This document shows, piece after piece, positions 8,295-18,147 of a DNA stretch of 64,000 nucleotides. A program made the translations under genes and the position numbers. The stretch's first letter is position 1; each line of letters starts with the position of its first letter. The DNA is from Giardia intestinalis (Eukaryota). The notes beneath the pieces are model-generated. The model saw nothing but the letters and a program-made list of their open reading frames with translations, did no database searches and was not told where the DNA came from. The DNA is taken from assembly GCA_000002435.2 (NCBI GenBank), contig CM018789.1. One strand, 5' to 3'.

Positions 8295-11200
8295 ATGGCT
8301 TCCAACATAGATCTGGTACAGGTCGTCTTCCCCACTGCAGTAGTTCATAACGTCTGGAACTGGATAGATACTACCGAGCAGAGGTCAAAGGTCGCTGTCT
8401 TCCTTGTTGACTTCTTGGATCTGCACGACTCCGTCATCTCTGAGCGATGTGACCATCTATTTACCTGTTCGTTCAATAATAAGCGCCCCCAAAAGCTCGG
8501 CCACAGAGCCGCATACGCCGGTGCAGGTGTCTGCGAAGTATCTTCTCTTTTGCCCAGCACGTGGACCAGCAAAAGTCTATTGATAGGCGTGCTTTGGTCG
8601 GCAGGCGAGTTGGCTGACACAACCAAGATCTGCACTGAGATGGCAGAGGTAGTGTTTGCCAAAGGATCTGAGAGGCGCAAATTTCTTATCCAGATACCTG
8701 TATATAGCGAACCACTATCCTTTCTTACGATGTTTACCATAGTCATTGTTCTCTTTCTTTTCTGTATTGCATTAGGGTTTACAATCTTGGCCTGTTTCCT
8801 CATCCAAAGAAGTTACACACAGAAATTTATCGTTCTCACATCACTGAATCGCGCTGCAACCAATTATGCTTACTTTGATTACATTACCAAGCAGATAATC
8901 GCTAAGTGTAAAGACATGCATTCAGTAACCGAGCAGCTTAGGCCATTGGGCCCAAAGCACAAGGAGTTACCGGATTATGCATCCACTAAGGAACCGAAAA
9001 GATCAGCATCCAGGAAGATTGGTATACTTGAGGCTGACCCATACGCTGGAAAGGGCAAAGAACGCAAGCAGGACAACGCTGGCACAGCTCTTACATTGTT
9101 GTCTTCACTTCCTCATATGCCCAACGACGCAGCCGATAACTCAGCGCAACACAGAAGAAAGACACGTCAGCTACGGCATCGGCACAACTTAGGTCCACGA
9201 TTGGCCCCTACTAGACAACTCAGTAGTTTATCCCTTGAAAAGCTGAGAGAACGAGCACTTCCACATTCTAACAATTACGCCGTTGATAACATGACTTCCG
9301 AAGACCAACGTAAGGTCTGCTCATTCCTTCCGAAGCAACCTAATATCATCCAAACTCTTGACGACAATCTTCGCTACTTATCAAGCTATCCCATTGAGCA
9401 CATCTCCAATCTTGACACGAATTATTCATATGAAGTTCATAAATATAACAATGCAAATGTGCTTTTTTCACAAATCGTTATGCCAATCTGGGCCAGCGCC
9501 CTAATATTTTCCAAAACAATGAAGCTACAGGCCATGTCGGACAATAGAAAGGCCGATGTTGCAGCTATCAAAGGGGTCTTCATTTTAGTCGTAGATAAAA
9601 TCTACGATAATAGGTACGTGCTTCCTAGAGAGCTTGTGGGCATCTGTGCCTTCAATAAAAATAGTAAGTTTCACTTCTGCATGATCACTGATTTGAATAA
9701 TTATATGCCTTTGCCGGACTTCCTCCAAGGTGTAAGAGCTAGCGTCAGCAGGCATGGACTTACCTCTGAAAGCTTCTGTTACAATATTAATCTAATCCAC
9801 GAGCTCCTTAGGCTATGCAGACAACGAATGCGAGACAGGAAAGAACCAACTAACATATCGAAAGACGATCAGGCCCACCAAGATTCAAGCACCGACTTGG
9901 AGCCGGACTTGTTGAACACATCTGGCACTAAGCACTTTGTATCACCGGCTTCATCTTTTGTTACGGCACATCCGTCTAAGAGTCCATCCACTGTCTCTAC
10001 TAAAGAATCATCTATTTCTGTCCCTTCCCTCAAAGAACTTAAGAGGATGAACTCTCAAGAGCTGATAGATCTCCTCAGACCAGATGTTTTTACCATCTTG
10101 AATAGGCCTGCCACGAGATTCATTACGATAATCCATGCACTGAATGCTCAGCATATTCGTCGGTCATCGGGTGCAGCCTTTCTGCAGCTAAGGTCTGGCC
10201 AATCCCTGGAAGCCGCGGGAAAGTGTCAGCAACGGCAGACGGATAGCGCTGTAGACGATAAACCTGATAGAACTAGCTCTTTTTCGGGCTCCCGACGAAA
10301 CAAGACTCTACTTTATAAACTTCCGCCTTCCCATCTTCAGAGCAAGCTGCGAAACTCTAAAAACATATCAGAGACATCTGAAGTAACAGAGTCGTCAAAT
10401 GATGATAGATACAGTGACAACTTACCGTTAACTCCTTTGTTTGACGGGTTGCAAGGCACAAGAGACAGCACTGACAGTTCAGACCCTGATAATTGTGACA
10501 TAGTTGCGTGCTTGTGCCACAAGCTAGAGCAAACAGCAGACGTCAAATCTGGCGACACTCAGCTTCGGGCAGTGCCGTTGGACACTGTAGCGACGCAGAG
10601 CGTTTCGCAATGTATTTCACAGAGCATTTCGCGGTCATCCTATACTATGCTCCCACCACTTCCATTGAAGTATAGCACTAGCCCTACACCTAGCTCTACA
10701 TTCACGCCATGCACAGATACCCAAGTCTATATGGAAGCCCACAGCAGCTTTATGTTCGGTAGCTGCTTAGTTGAGGACTGTGCTCTGCAAGAAATTTATG
10801 ACGCTTTGGCATACTTGGGATCATCTGCCAGGGAGCGTATGGCTCGACTTTTAATAAAAGAGATTGCTACACGCAGGCACAGCCTTAAGGACATACAATA
10901 TTTTGACAAGGATTGCATACTAATTAGCATGGATCGTGTATTAACTGATTCTGAGATGGAAGTCGAGATTGACATTAAGCTGGAGCCATTCTCTATGTTG
11001 CTGCGAAACATCAATATGATACCCCGACCAGTTACCGCGAAGACAGACTGTGGGAATACGTCAAGTGTCGACATGTATGTGCGGATTCTGCTTATCTATT
11101 TAGAGCTTATCACTCTCCTGGATTGTACGCAGAGCGATTTGGAGGAACTTTCTATCTTCTTACCTGAGCTCAGAGGCGACGCAGACTACGGGACTGCAAT

Positions 11201-11345
11201 TCAGCGTCTGCTGCTATTGATCAAGGACTTCTCCACAATAGTATCGGGGGAAAGAAACGACACAAGCGGCGGAGCTAGCGGAGCCGGTGCTAGTTTAACG
11301 AAAGCAGACTTGTGGAGAGGATATTTACTCCCTATATTCACATGA
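8295..11345 (+). CDS. Hypothetical protein, about 1017 aa, with an N-terminal hydrophobic segment. The true start is uncertain.
   Basis: A long ORF. The track start at 8184 is TTG and its first 37 codons cover a microsatellite, so I moved the start to the first ATG at 8295. No domain recognised. Confidence 0.45.
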   Translation: MASNIDLVQVVFPTAVVHNVWNWIDTTEQRSKVAVFLVDFLDLHDSVISERCDHLFTCSFNNKRPQKLGHRAAYAGAGVCEVSSLLPSTWTSKSLLIGVLWSAGELADTTKICTEMAEVVFAKGSERRKFLIQIPVYSEPLSFLTMFTIVIVLFLFCIALGFTILACFLIQRSYTQKFIVLTSLNRAATNYAYFDYITKQIIAKCKDMHSVTEQLRPLGPKHKELPDYASTKEPKRSASRKIGILEADPYAGKGKERKQDNAGTALTLLSSLPHMPNDAADNSAQHRRKTRQLRHRHNLGPRLAPTRQLSSLSLEKLRERALPHSNNYAVDNMTSEDQRKVCSFLPKQPNIIQTLDDNLRYLSSYPIEHISNLDTNYSYEVHKYNNANVLFSQIVMPIWASALIFSKTMKLQAMSDNRKADVAAIKGVFILVVDKIYDNRYVLPRELVGICAFNKNSKFHFCMITDLNNYMPLPDFLQGVRASVSRHGLTSESFCYNINLIHELLRLCRQRMRDRKEPTNISKDDQAHQDSSTDLEPDLLNTSGTKHFVSPASSFVTAHPSKSPSTVSTKESSISVPSLKELKRMNSQELIDLLRPDVFTILNRPATRFITIIHALNAQHIRRSSGAAFLQLRSGQSLEAAGKCQQRQTDSAVDDKPDRTSSFSGSRRNKTLLYKLPPSHLQSKLRNSKNISETSEVTESSNDDRYSDNLPLTPLFDGLQGTRDSTDSSDPDNCDIVACLCHKLEQTADVKSGDTQLRAVPLDTVATQSVSQCISQSISRSSYTMLPPLPLKYSTSPTPSSTFTPCTDTQVYMEAHSSFMFGSCLVEDCALQEIYDALAYLGSSARERMARLLIKEIATRRHSLKDIQYFDKDCILISMDRVLTDSEMEVEIDIKLEPFSMLLRNINMIPRPVTAKTDCGNTSSVDMYVRILLIYLELITLLDCTQSDLEELSIFLPELRGDADYGTAIQRLLLLIKDFSTIVSGERNDTSGGASGAGASLTKADLWRGYLLPIFT

Positions 11346-11586
11346 TTTATGTACTAGCTTTTATATATGAGCTCCCTCCTTCCCTCTAAGTTGCTAATTG
11401 ACATCTGAGCATGAGGTCAAGAGTTTAGTACAGATCATGTTCATTTATAGAGTCAGAGAATGCAATATCTCTGAGTAGGGATTTACAATGACTGCTATAT
11501 TAAGACTACTACATTAAATACAACTCGTGAATAACTTACCGGTCTATCATCACAAGAATCCTATAATTCAGAAGGATTGAAACTTT

Positions 11587-12579
11587 TTAACGTTTCGAGC
11601 GCATGATCTGCTGTATCTTTACCCCTATTGTCATTAAGATCTTGGCCTGAACTGACAAGTGCTCACCAATTTGCTTTACTATGGACGGATCTTTAAGAGC
11701 AGGGTATCTGGCCATAAAGTCCTTTTCCACTTTGTCCTTATCCCCGTCTAGAACCTCCTTCAGTAACAGAAAGCGGCTACGCAGTGTATCTCCGTATTGT
11801 GATTCTAGGGATTGGTTAATTTTCTTACATGCAAGCTCGTGCGTTATTGGTATCCCCGTTTGCTCCTCTAATCTGGACCCTATGGAGAAAATTAACAGCG
11901 TTGACTTCTTAGACAGCTCTTTGAGCTTCTTACTATTATCTAGCACTTTATCTGTTTCTTGGTAAATAGATTCCATATCTTTCTTTATCTCTTGTAGCGT
12001 CGTGGTGTGTGCAGCTGCCCGTGCAGCCAGCTGTTCAAACCCGTACACGAGGACGGGGGAGTATCGCGTGCAGTCAGGGCAGCACCGCCTTGCCTCCAGC
12101 CAGAGCTTTTCATCGTTATACGGTGGAACGTTGGGGTCGGCAGAGGGAGGTTGCGGGGCCGGTGGAGCCCCAAAACCGGGTTTGGAGAAGCTTCCGAAGC
12201 CAGAACCAAACCCGCTAAGGCCTGTCGTGAGAGGCGCAGGTGGAGGATCCTTTTTAGAGGCAAGCTCATCGTAAAAGAAGCCGGAGAGAGGGGTCTGGTA
12301 AGATGAGGCGTAGATATTAAGAAGAGAGCTGAAAACGTCGACAAGCCTGCCCTTCTGTGCCATAAGATGAAGAGATTGAGGAATGTCTATCTGCTGTTGA
12401 TGGCTGCACGGCCCCTGCACCTCCCGTTTTGCATTGTCGTTTGTAGGAGCATTAAGGCCAAAAATACCCTTATCTGCAGACAAAGAAACACCGATGGATG
12501 AAGACGTTAGCGGGGCAGACGGTTTTGATACTCCAGAGAAGGCTGCAATAGACATGGGCTGAGCGTTGAAGGACCGCAT
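11587..12579 (-). CDS. FG/GFG-repeat low-complexity protein with a C-terminal predicted coiled coil. It is a candidate FG-nucleoporin of the Nup54/Nup58/Nup62-complex type.
   Basis: LSGFGSGFGSFSKPGFGAPPAPQP repeats are followed by a helical, heptad-like C-terminal half (LQEIKKDMESIYQETDKVLDNSKKLKELSKK...). The ATG at 12579 follows an AT-rich initiator. Confidence 0.55.
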   Translation of the reverse strand: MRSFNAQPMSIAAFSGVSKPSAPLTSSSIGVSLSADKGIFGLNAPTNDNAKREVQGPCSHQQQIDIPQSLHLMAQKGRLVDVFSSLLNIYASSYQTPLSGFFYDELASKKDPPPAPLTTGLSGFGSGFGSFSKPGFGAPPAPQPPSADPNVPPYNDEKLWLEARRCCPDCTRYSPVLVYGFEQLAARAAAHTTTLQEIKKDMESIYQETDKVLDNSKKLKELSKKSTLLIFSIGSRLEEQTGIPITHELACKKINQSLESQYGDTLRSRFLLLKEVLDGDKDKVEKDFMARYPALKDPSIVKQIGEHLSVQAKILMTIGVKIQQIMRSKR

Positions 12580-12607
12580 GACTCAATGAAATTTATTCTT
12601 AGAAACA

Positions 12608-13648
12608 TCAGGTTAAATGGCTAATGCTCAGGTTATCCGATGGCGCTGCGTCCGATTCTGCCCGTTTGTGGACAAGCTTGACACGCAGCTGCTCCAAAAA
12701 CTCCAGCTCTTGGGCAATGAAAGCTCTTAAATCTGCAGTGGTCCGGGAGTCAAGGGTCATCCAAAGAGTGTTGAAATCTCCAAACCCGCTACGCATCGAT
12801 GAGAGGGTTACAAGCTCTCTTGTCGTCCCTTCAACCATATCACCTAGCTGAGTCGCTGCACTGAGTATTGCTTTCCGCTGAGCCGGATTGGAACACCCAT
12901 ACTCCCGCTCTTCAATAATCTTCATGAGTTTAAAAGAAATAGCTCCGTAAAGGGAGGTGCATTGAGATAAAAGAGATGAAATGACATTCGAGTGATTGAC
13001 CAAGTCGTTTAGACGCTCGTCAAAGTTATAAGCAGACGGCGAAGACAATCCATCCTTGAGCTCGCTAAGTTTAGCAGTGTGGGTATTTGCGCGTGTAACC
13101 AGCCCCTCTATCCCGACAACTTCATTTGCATCTGACTTACCTTGAGCAGGCTTTTGTTGGAAGCCAAGGCCGAAACCAAAACCAGATCCTCCACTTTGCC
13201 CCAAAACGCCTCCTCCTCCGAAGCCGCCAAACCCTCCTGGCTTTGTCCCAAACCCTAAAGTGCCCGAGGACCCTAGCGTACCAGATGTGGCTGTGGTAGT
13301 TGGTAACGGCTTGTCTAACTTTAGTCCTGCTGATTTAAAGTTCGCCTTGAAGAGGCAAGTATCTGATTCGGTTGGCAGATAGGCCTTTTCCAGTACTGTG
13401 GCAAACACTCCAGCTCCTATTGTGTTGATAACCCGTGCCATCTCACTTTGCTGAGTCGTGTTTTGGGCTTGCCCGGCTAGGCTTCCAAACTCCATGCTGG
13501 GCTTGGCCCCAAAGCCCCCGCCAAACGTCGTGCCTCCTGCTGAAGTAGACCCAGAACCGAAGGTACCGAAGGTACCAAAGCCCGTGGGCTTGGCCCCAAA
13601 GCTGAAGCCCGACGTGGGAGCGCCTGCAGAAAATGCACCGGCCTGCAT
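12608..13648 (-). CDS. FG/GFG-repeat protein with a C-terminal coiled coil. It is a candidate Nup62/Nsp1-like FG-nucleoporin.
   Basis: The N-terminal half is SGFSFGAKPTGFGTFGTFGSG...GFGGFGGGG...GFGFGLGFQQKP. The C-terminal ~170 aa is helical (LEFLEQLRVKLVHKRAE). The track start is TTG, so I placed the start at the first ATG, 13648, behind a strongly AT-rich initiator. Confidence 0.55.
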   Translation of the reverse strand: MQAGAFSAGAPTSGFSFGAKPTGFGTFGTFGSGSTSAGGTTFGGGFGAKPSMEFGSLAGQAQNTTQQSEMARVINTIGAGVFATVLEKAYLPTESDTCLFKANFKSAGLKLDKPLPTTTATSGTLGSSGTLGFGTKPGGFGGFGGGGVLGQSGGSGFGFGLGFQQKPAQGKSDANEVVGIEGLVTRANTHTAKLSELKDGLSSPSAYNFDERLNDLVNHSNVISSLLSQCTSLYGAISFKLMKIIEEREYGCSNPAQRKAILSAATQLGDMVEGTTRELVTLSSMRSGFGDFNTLWMTLDSRTTADLRAFIAQELEFLEQLRVKLVHKRAESDAAPSDNLSISHLT

Positions 13649-13704
13649 TTCCAACTTGATTTTTCCACTTTACCAAAATTTAAAACAAAAACTAAAATTG
13701 CAGG
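13649..13704. promoter_or_regulatory. A 56-bp AT-rich bidirectional initiator region shared by divergent genes.
   Basis: tccaacttgatttttccactttaccaaaatttaaaacaaaaactaaaattgcagg sits between ATGs at 13648 (-) and 13705 (+). Confidence 0.5.
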
Positions 13705-14448
13705 ATGAGCAGGAACACCTTCATGAAGAAATTGGCCGACAAGATAAACTACAAGGCCGACGACAATGAGATTTATGAGAAACGATTGGCCTTGGCACAG
13801 TTGCTGGAGGAGTTTGGTTCGCTGCCAATGCTTGTTGTAAGTGGATTTTTGCAAAAGAGTATCGGTGGGATGTTTTTCAATGGAACGGTCGCCTTTGTCG
13901 GCATCGTTATGGCGTGGATCTTGCCGGCCAACGCCTTGTTTGATGCTTTTCTTTTTCTTTCAATATTCACGCTTTTGAAGATCGTGTTTTCGGCGGCTGC
14001 AGTTGATAAAGCGATCGATGACATGCTAAAGAATGTCAAGAATAGAGAGATTATTTACGAAAAACTCCTGAAGAGTATGGCCAAGCACGCAGTCTGTACC
14101 CGTACCGCCTTCGAGACCCTCGGAGCTCAGAACCAACTTATGCTTATGATAGTACTAACCTTTTTCGCCTTCTTTATCCCCCTGCCCGTCTTCGCCACCA
14201 TCGGCCTTCTGCTCGTCGCATTATTCCCCGTTTATAACATAATCTCGAAACAGGAGGCAGAACGATTCCTGGCCTCACCACCGGTCTCTCCACGTGTGCG
14301 AACAAACCACCCTATTCGCGGTGGGGTTCCCGACTCTCTTGTCAATTCCCTGCGTAATGATCAAGCAGCTAATGATGCAGGGTCTCAACTGGTCACATCT
14401 CTCATCCCGCCGCCACCACCACCACCGCCAGCTAAGCTTGGTGAATAA
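13705..14448 (+). CDS. Double-hairpin membrane protein with reticulon/PRA1-like topology. It is paralog A. The C-terminus is poly-Pro.
   Basis: Two ~35-aa hydrophobic hairpins (FFNGTVAFVGIVMAWILPANALFDAFLFLSIF and LMLMIVLTFFAFFIPLPVFATIGLLLVALFPVYNII). The shared motif W(I/S)LP(A/Q)NALF also occurs in the 17185 gene. Confidence 0.6.
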   Translation: MSRNTFMKKLADKINYKADDNEIYEKRLALAQLLEEFGSLPMLVVSGFLQKSIGGMFFNGTVAFVGIVMAWILPANALFDAFLFLSIFTLLKIVFSAAAVDKAIDDMLKNVKNREIIYEKLLKSMAKHAVCTRTAFETLGAQNQLMLMIVLTFFAFFIPLPVFATIGLLLVALFPVYNIISKQEAERFLASPPVSPRVRTNHPIRGGVPDSLVNSLRNDQAANDAGSQLVTSLIPPPPPPPPAKLGE

Positions 14449-14524
14449 GAAGCGTCGACACTTTCAGTAAACATCATTCCCTGCGCGATCGACTTTTCTG
14501 TAATTTAAAACTAAAGATTGCGGC

Positions 14525-17143
14525 ATGGACAGCCGCCCAGAAGAACCTGCAGACCCGACGGAGGTTGTGGATAATCCGTTGCCGCCCAGTGTCCCATATG
14601 CCTCTGTGCCTCTTCTTGTCGGGGAGGAGTATGCTGCTCCTCTTAGCTGTGCAATAAACCCAGCAAAAGATCTTATCGCATGCGGAACGGAGACAGGAGT
14701 GCTTCTCATTTATCACTCCTTTTCGATGCAGCTTGTCCGTTCACTGAAAGTGGATGAAAATGCCATCTATAAACTTATTTGGGCCCCAGATAGCCAATCT
14801 ATATTGGCCATCACTATGGGCTCAATCCTATGGGTCTCCCTTGCCAGAGATACTAGCATAACTAGGATGGTGAGCGGAGACTCGATCTACGTTCCCGGGC
14901 AGGCAGCCAAGGGAGGTTCGAACGAATACTTAACTACGCAGGGAACTGGCAGGGAAGATCCACTCAGGGAACCCCAGGGAGACATTATAGAGGCGTGGAG
15001 TCTAGAGGATCAAGAGCTCTCCCTATTGTCATATTCTATTTCAGCATGGTTAATAGAAGTCGATCCTTCTGCTCTCCATTATACAAAGTTCGGTGCTGAA
15101 AATTTCCGCTATAGATCTTGCTTCCGGGTCATAGGAGTAGAGCTACTCATTACCGTAGCACTAAACTACTATGAAGCCACTGGGCTGAAGTCTATAATCT
15201 TTCTTGCAAATAAGTGCAACGATCCATCGTCAGACATGCACTCCTGGGCAGCTATCAACGAAGTCGACTACACAGCTGCCCTTGCCGATGCCTTTGGTGT
15301 GACCAGCATTCCGGCCACATCTGATGTCCTGGCGATCACGGGGCACGTCTTTGTAGTCTCAACTGGTCTTAAGTATGTCATTTTTCGTCGCAATACACTA
15401 TTTACGCCTTACAATCTCGCTGGAAAGGTGGATTATGCATCTCAGTTGCTAATCCAGGGTATAGGGTACACAGGGTCTGTTAATGAGCGGCGATTTGAAG
15501 CCCATAAGCAAACCCTTCATACCAATGAAGAGCCAACAATTGCCGTCACGTTTGTAACAACTAAGCAAACGATGGCGGTTACCAATTTCAGCACTGGTAT
15601 CGATACTAAGAACACAGGTGTCAGTAGAGGGACAAGTGCAGATGCATACGAAGTTCTGAGGGCTTTGATGTCTATTCCTCGGCAAGGAGAGGGCAATCAA
15701 TCTTATGTTGCGGAGTTTCGGTCATTCCACCATTTTTTTCTGTTCATTTATGCATATCACGCGTCTCTTTGTAGAGCAAGCATTACTTATGGACGCTCTC
15801 GCTTCTATCAAGCGCTAACAGACCTCACCTTTCAATCCCTATTCACTTCGGCAGCCAACGCAGCACGGGAAGGAGATGCCTTTACAAAACTAATGACAAT
15901 CCTATCATTTACCTTTTCTGCTGACATATGTGACTTCAGTTCGGTAATATACGATGAGCTAATAGCATCTTTCACTCTTGTAGAGGTCAGCGACGGTTGT
16001 AAGAGTACAGAGAAAACGGCAACAATAGATATGTACATGACAGGTGTGTTCAACTTGGCAGACATATTTAAAGCACTCGGAGATGATGTTCTGAAGCAGG
16101 CACCGGACCTATGTCTTCTTTATCCCAATCCCAGCCTTGCAGAGCTGCTCCTCAACTATCGCATCATCTCCTTCAAAACGAGTATTGACAAGCAGTGGTT
16201 GTATGTGGCCAATCCTCGATTCATACTGACTCTTTCTACCAAGCATAATGTGTGTGAGATATATGAATATGGGGAGAACTTCCTCATCAGCGACCTAGTT
16301 TTTGATATGAGGCCCTTCCCGGCCATTCACGTTGAATTTGGCTATGCTCCCTACGAGCTAGTGATGGCATCAGTAGGGTATTCTCCCCCATACACTCCAG
16401 AGAACATACGGTTACTGTCTGCCAATTGTAGCAAAACTACTATAAAGCAGACAAACGTGCTGTACGCAAATCTGGCCTCGCTGTCACAAGCAAGCAGGGT
16501 CACCAGTAGAAACGCAAGTCGGAGGCTAAGGCTAGTTCCACAGAGGAAGTCAAGGAGAAGGATAGACAAACGGAAACGAGATGCCCCTAGCCCAATCAGC
16601 ACCCTGTCAGAAAACAGGGGTTTCAGAGGAAAGAAGGTGAATCAGCAGAGAACACAGGCTAACCCAGAATCTAGTGCAACAGGTCCATTAACCAGTGATG
16701 ACCTTTCAAGCATAACAACCAGCTCTATGGTCAATCCAAATGAAGCAGGAGCCCAGGAGGAGAACCTAGCTATTACTACTTCAGACATAGACTCACTGCA
16801 GCGCCTCCTTCTGCAAGTAGAGCCACAGCTGGTGTTTTGGGCGTGCAGAGAAGTGCAGGACTTCAACAGCTGTTTCCCAGGCTTTGAAACTGTTAGCACC
16901 AATGTACTATATATAGAACGCGAGGACGAACTAGACATAGATCAGTCAGATCTATATCCCCCGACTGCGCTACCCCGGGCTGTTGACGTGGATTACAGAG
17001 AACTCCAATATCCGACGAAGACCGTGCAGGATGACGAGTTAGATATATTATCACTGGAAGACAGCATCCCAGCATACCATTACTTGCGATCTTATGCAGA
17101 GGTTCATGAGCTTCCCATAAAACTGACCATAGAAATAATATAA
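14525..17143 (+). CDS. Hypothetical protein of 872 aa. The N-terminus looks like a beta-propeller/WD region.
   Basis: A long ORF with an ATG behind an AT-rich initiator (taatttaaaactaaagattgcggcATG). N-terminal LIACGTETGVLLIYHSF...KLIWAPDSQSILAI suggests WD-like blades. Confidence 0.55.
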   Translation: MDSRPEEPADPTEVVDNPLPPSVPYASVPLLVGEEYAAPLSCAINPAKDLIACGTETGVLLIYHSFSMQLVRSLKVDENAIYKLIWAPDSQSILAITMGSILWVSLARDTSITRMVSGDSIYVPGQAAKGGSNEYLTTQGTGREDPLREPQGDIIEAWSLEDQELSLLSYSISAWLIEVDPSALHYTKFGAENFRYRSCFRVIGVELLITVALNYYEATGLKSIIFLANKCNDPSSDMHSWAAINEVDYTAALADAFGVTSIPATSDVLAITGHVFVVSTGLKYVIFRRNTLFTPYNLAGKVDYASQLLIQGIGYTGSVNERRFEAHKQTLHTNEEPTIAVTFVTTKQTMAVTNFSTGIDTKNTGVSRGTSADAYEVLRALMSIPRQGEGNQSYVAEFRSFHHFFLFIYAYHASLCRASITYGRSRFYQALTDLTFQSLFTSAANAAREGDAFTKLMTILSFTFSADICDFSSVIYDELIASFTLVEVSDGCKSTEKTATIDMYMTGVFNLADIFKALGDDVLKQAPDLCLLYPNPSLAELLLNYRIISFKTSIDKQWLYVANPRFILTLSTKHNVCEIYEYGENFLISDLVFDMRPFPAIHVEFGYAPYELVMASVGYSPPYTPENIRLLSANCSKTTIKQTNVLYANLASLSQASRVTSRNASRRLRLVPQRKSRRRIDKRKRDAPSPISTLSENRGFRGKKVNQQRTQANPESSATGPLTSDDLSSITTSSMVNPNEAGAQEENLAITTSDIDSLQRLLLQVEPQLVFWACREVQDFNSCFPGFETVSTNVLYIEREDELDIDQSDLYPPTALPRAVDVDYRELQYPTKTVQDDELDILSLEDSIPAYHYLRSYAEVHELPIKLTIEII

Positions 17144-17184
17144 TGATTAAAAAATTAATTTAAGGTTTCGGTAGTTAAAAAAGG

Positions 17185-17763
17185 ATGCCGAGCAAGTGCC
17201 CCCTCCGTGATCACATTGAGAAGCTCAAGACTGGAATCGCGCCAGACGACCTTGCTAGATGCAAGACAGAAGTCGCCGAGTGCGTGTCAAAGTTCAAGAC
17301 ACCAGTCAAGATCTTCCTGGGTGGTGTGACCTATGAGCACCTCTACGCAGTCGTGTTCAACGCCGTCATTTCTGTCATCATCCTGGTTATCGCATGGAGC
17401 CTTCCGCAGAATGCTCTCTTCAACGTTTGTTTGATCATTACCTTGCTCATGGGGGCGAAATTTGTATTCCAGCATCCGATCGTCGAGAGCAAGCTCGGGC
17501 TCATTTCTGGGAAGCTCGGTCCAGGGGACGCCAAGCTCGACATGCTAGTCGACACCCTCGCTGCCCTTCGTGCCCGACGCATTCAGCTCAAGGACACATT
17601 CTTCAACGACAATAAGAAAGTGCTCGCCCTCCTTGCCGGCCTCGCCTTTCTCTCCTTCTTCATCTCGACCCCTGTCATCGTCACAGTCGTTCTTGTTGTC
17701 CTTAATCTAGTGCCTTTCTATGTCAGATACGTTGTGGCGTCTCACAAGCAACCGGAGAACTGA
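17185..17763 (+). CDS. Double-hairpin membrane protein, paralog B of the 13705 gene.
   Basis: VVFNAVISVIILVIAWSLPQNALFNVCLIITLL and LALLAGLAFLSFFISTPVIVTVVLVVLNLVPFY have the same topology and shared motifs as paralog A. The ATG follows an AT-rich initiator, and an AGTAAAT poly(A) signal follows the stop. Confidence 0.6.
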   Translation: MPSKCPLRDHIEKLKTGIAPDDLARCKTEVAECVSKFKTPVKIFLGGVTYEHLYAVVFNAVISVIILVIAWSLPQNALFNVCLIITLLMGAKFVFQHPIVESKLGLISGKLGPGDAKLDMLVDTLAALRARRIQLKDTFFNDNKKVLALLAGLAFLSFFISTPVIVTVVLVVLNLVPFYVRYVVASHKQPEN

Positions 17764-17773
17764 GTTTAGTCAA

Positions 17774-17780
17774 AGTAAAT
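17774..17780 (+). promoter_or_regulatory. Putative Giardia-type polyadenylation signal (AGTRAAY).
   Basis: AGTAAAT lies 11 nt downstream of the TGA stop of the 17185..17763 gene. Confidence 0.4.
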
Positions 17781-17799
17781 GCGCACTGGCGGTGTCTGG

Positions 17800-18135
17800 T
17801 CAGTGGAGTACCTTGACCAGATGTATGTCGTAGATCAAGTCTGTGTTGGGTGGGACTATCTCGAAAAGTCCTCTGGGCCCATACCCGAATTCTGCTGGGA
17901 CCTGGAGGATGGCGTGCTCTCCCTCAGACATTGTCGGGATAGCTATGTCCCATGCCCGGATTGTTTGGTTTATCCCAACTTTGAAGCTGATTGGCTTGTT
18001 GGTGAAGCGCGTCGAGTCGAATACCTTCCCGTTTTTAAAGGCTGCAGTATAGTGTACCAGCACAGAACTGCCCTTTTGCGGATACGTGCGTCTGTCCCCG
18101 TGGCGTAGAATGTGTTTGTAGAGCGCTAATGACAT
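17800..18135 (-). CDS. FKBP-type peptidyl-prolyl cis-trans isomerase.
   Basis: VLVHYTAAFKNGKVFDSTRFTNKPISFKVGINQTIRAWDIAIPTMSEGEHAILQVPAEFGYGPRG..IPPNTDLIYDIHLV matches the FKBP12 core (VVHYTG..DGKKFDSSRDRNKPFKF..G..EVIRGWEEGV..M..G...L.I.P..AYG..G.PG.IPP.ATLVFDVEL). Confidence 0.8.
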   Translation of the reverse strand: MSLALYKHILRHGDRRTYPQKGSSVLVHYTAAFKNGKVFDSTRFTNKPISFKVGINQTIRAWDIAIPTMSEGEHAILQVPAEFGYGPRGLFEIVPPNTDLIYDIHLVKVLH

Positions 18136-18147
18136 TGCTGAGAGTTT

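Noticed and set aside
12002-12344. A cluster of overlapping GC-rich small ORFs on both strands (69-119 aa).
   Set aside because: They lie within and antisense to the FG-repeat gene. Gly codons (GGN) and their complements give spurious open frames.
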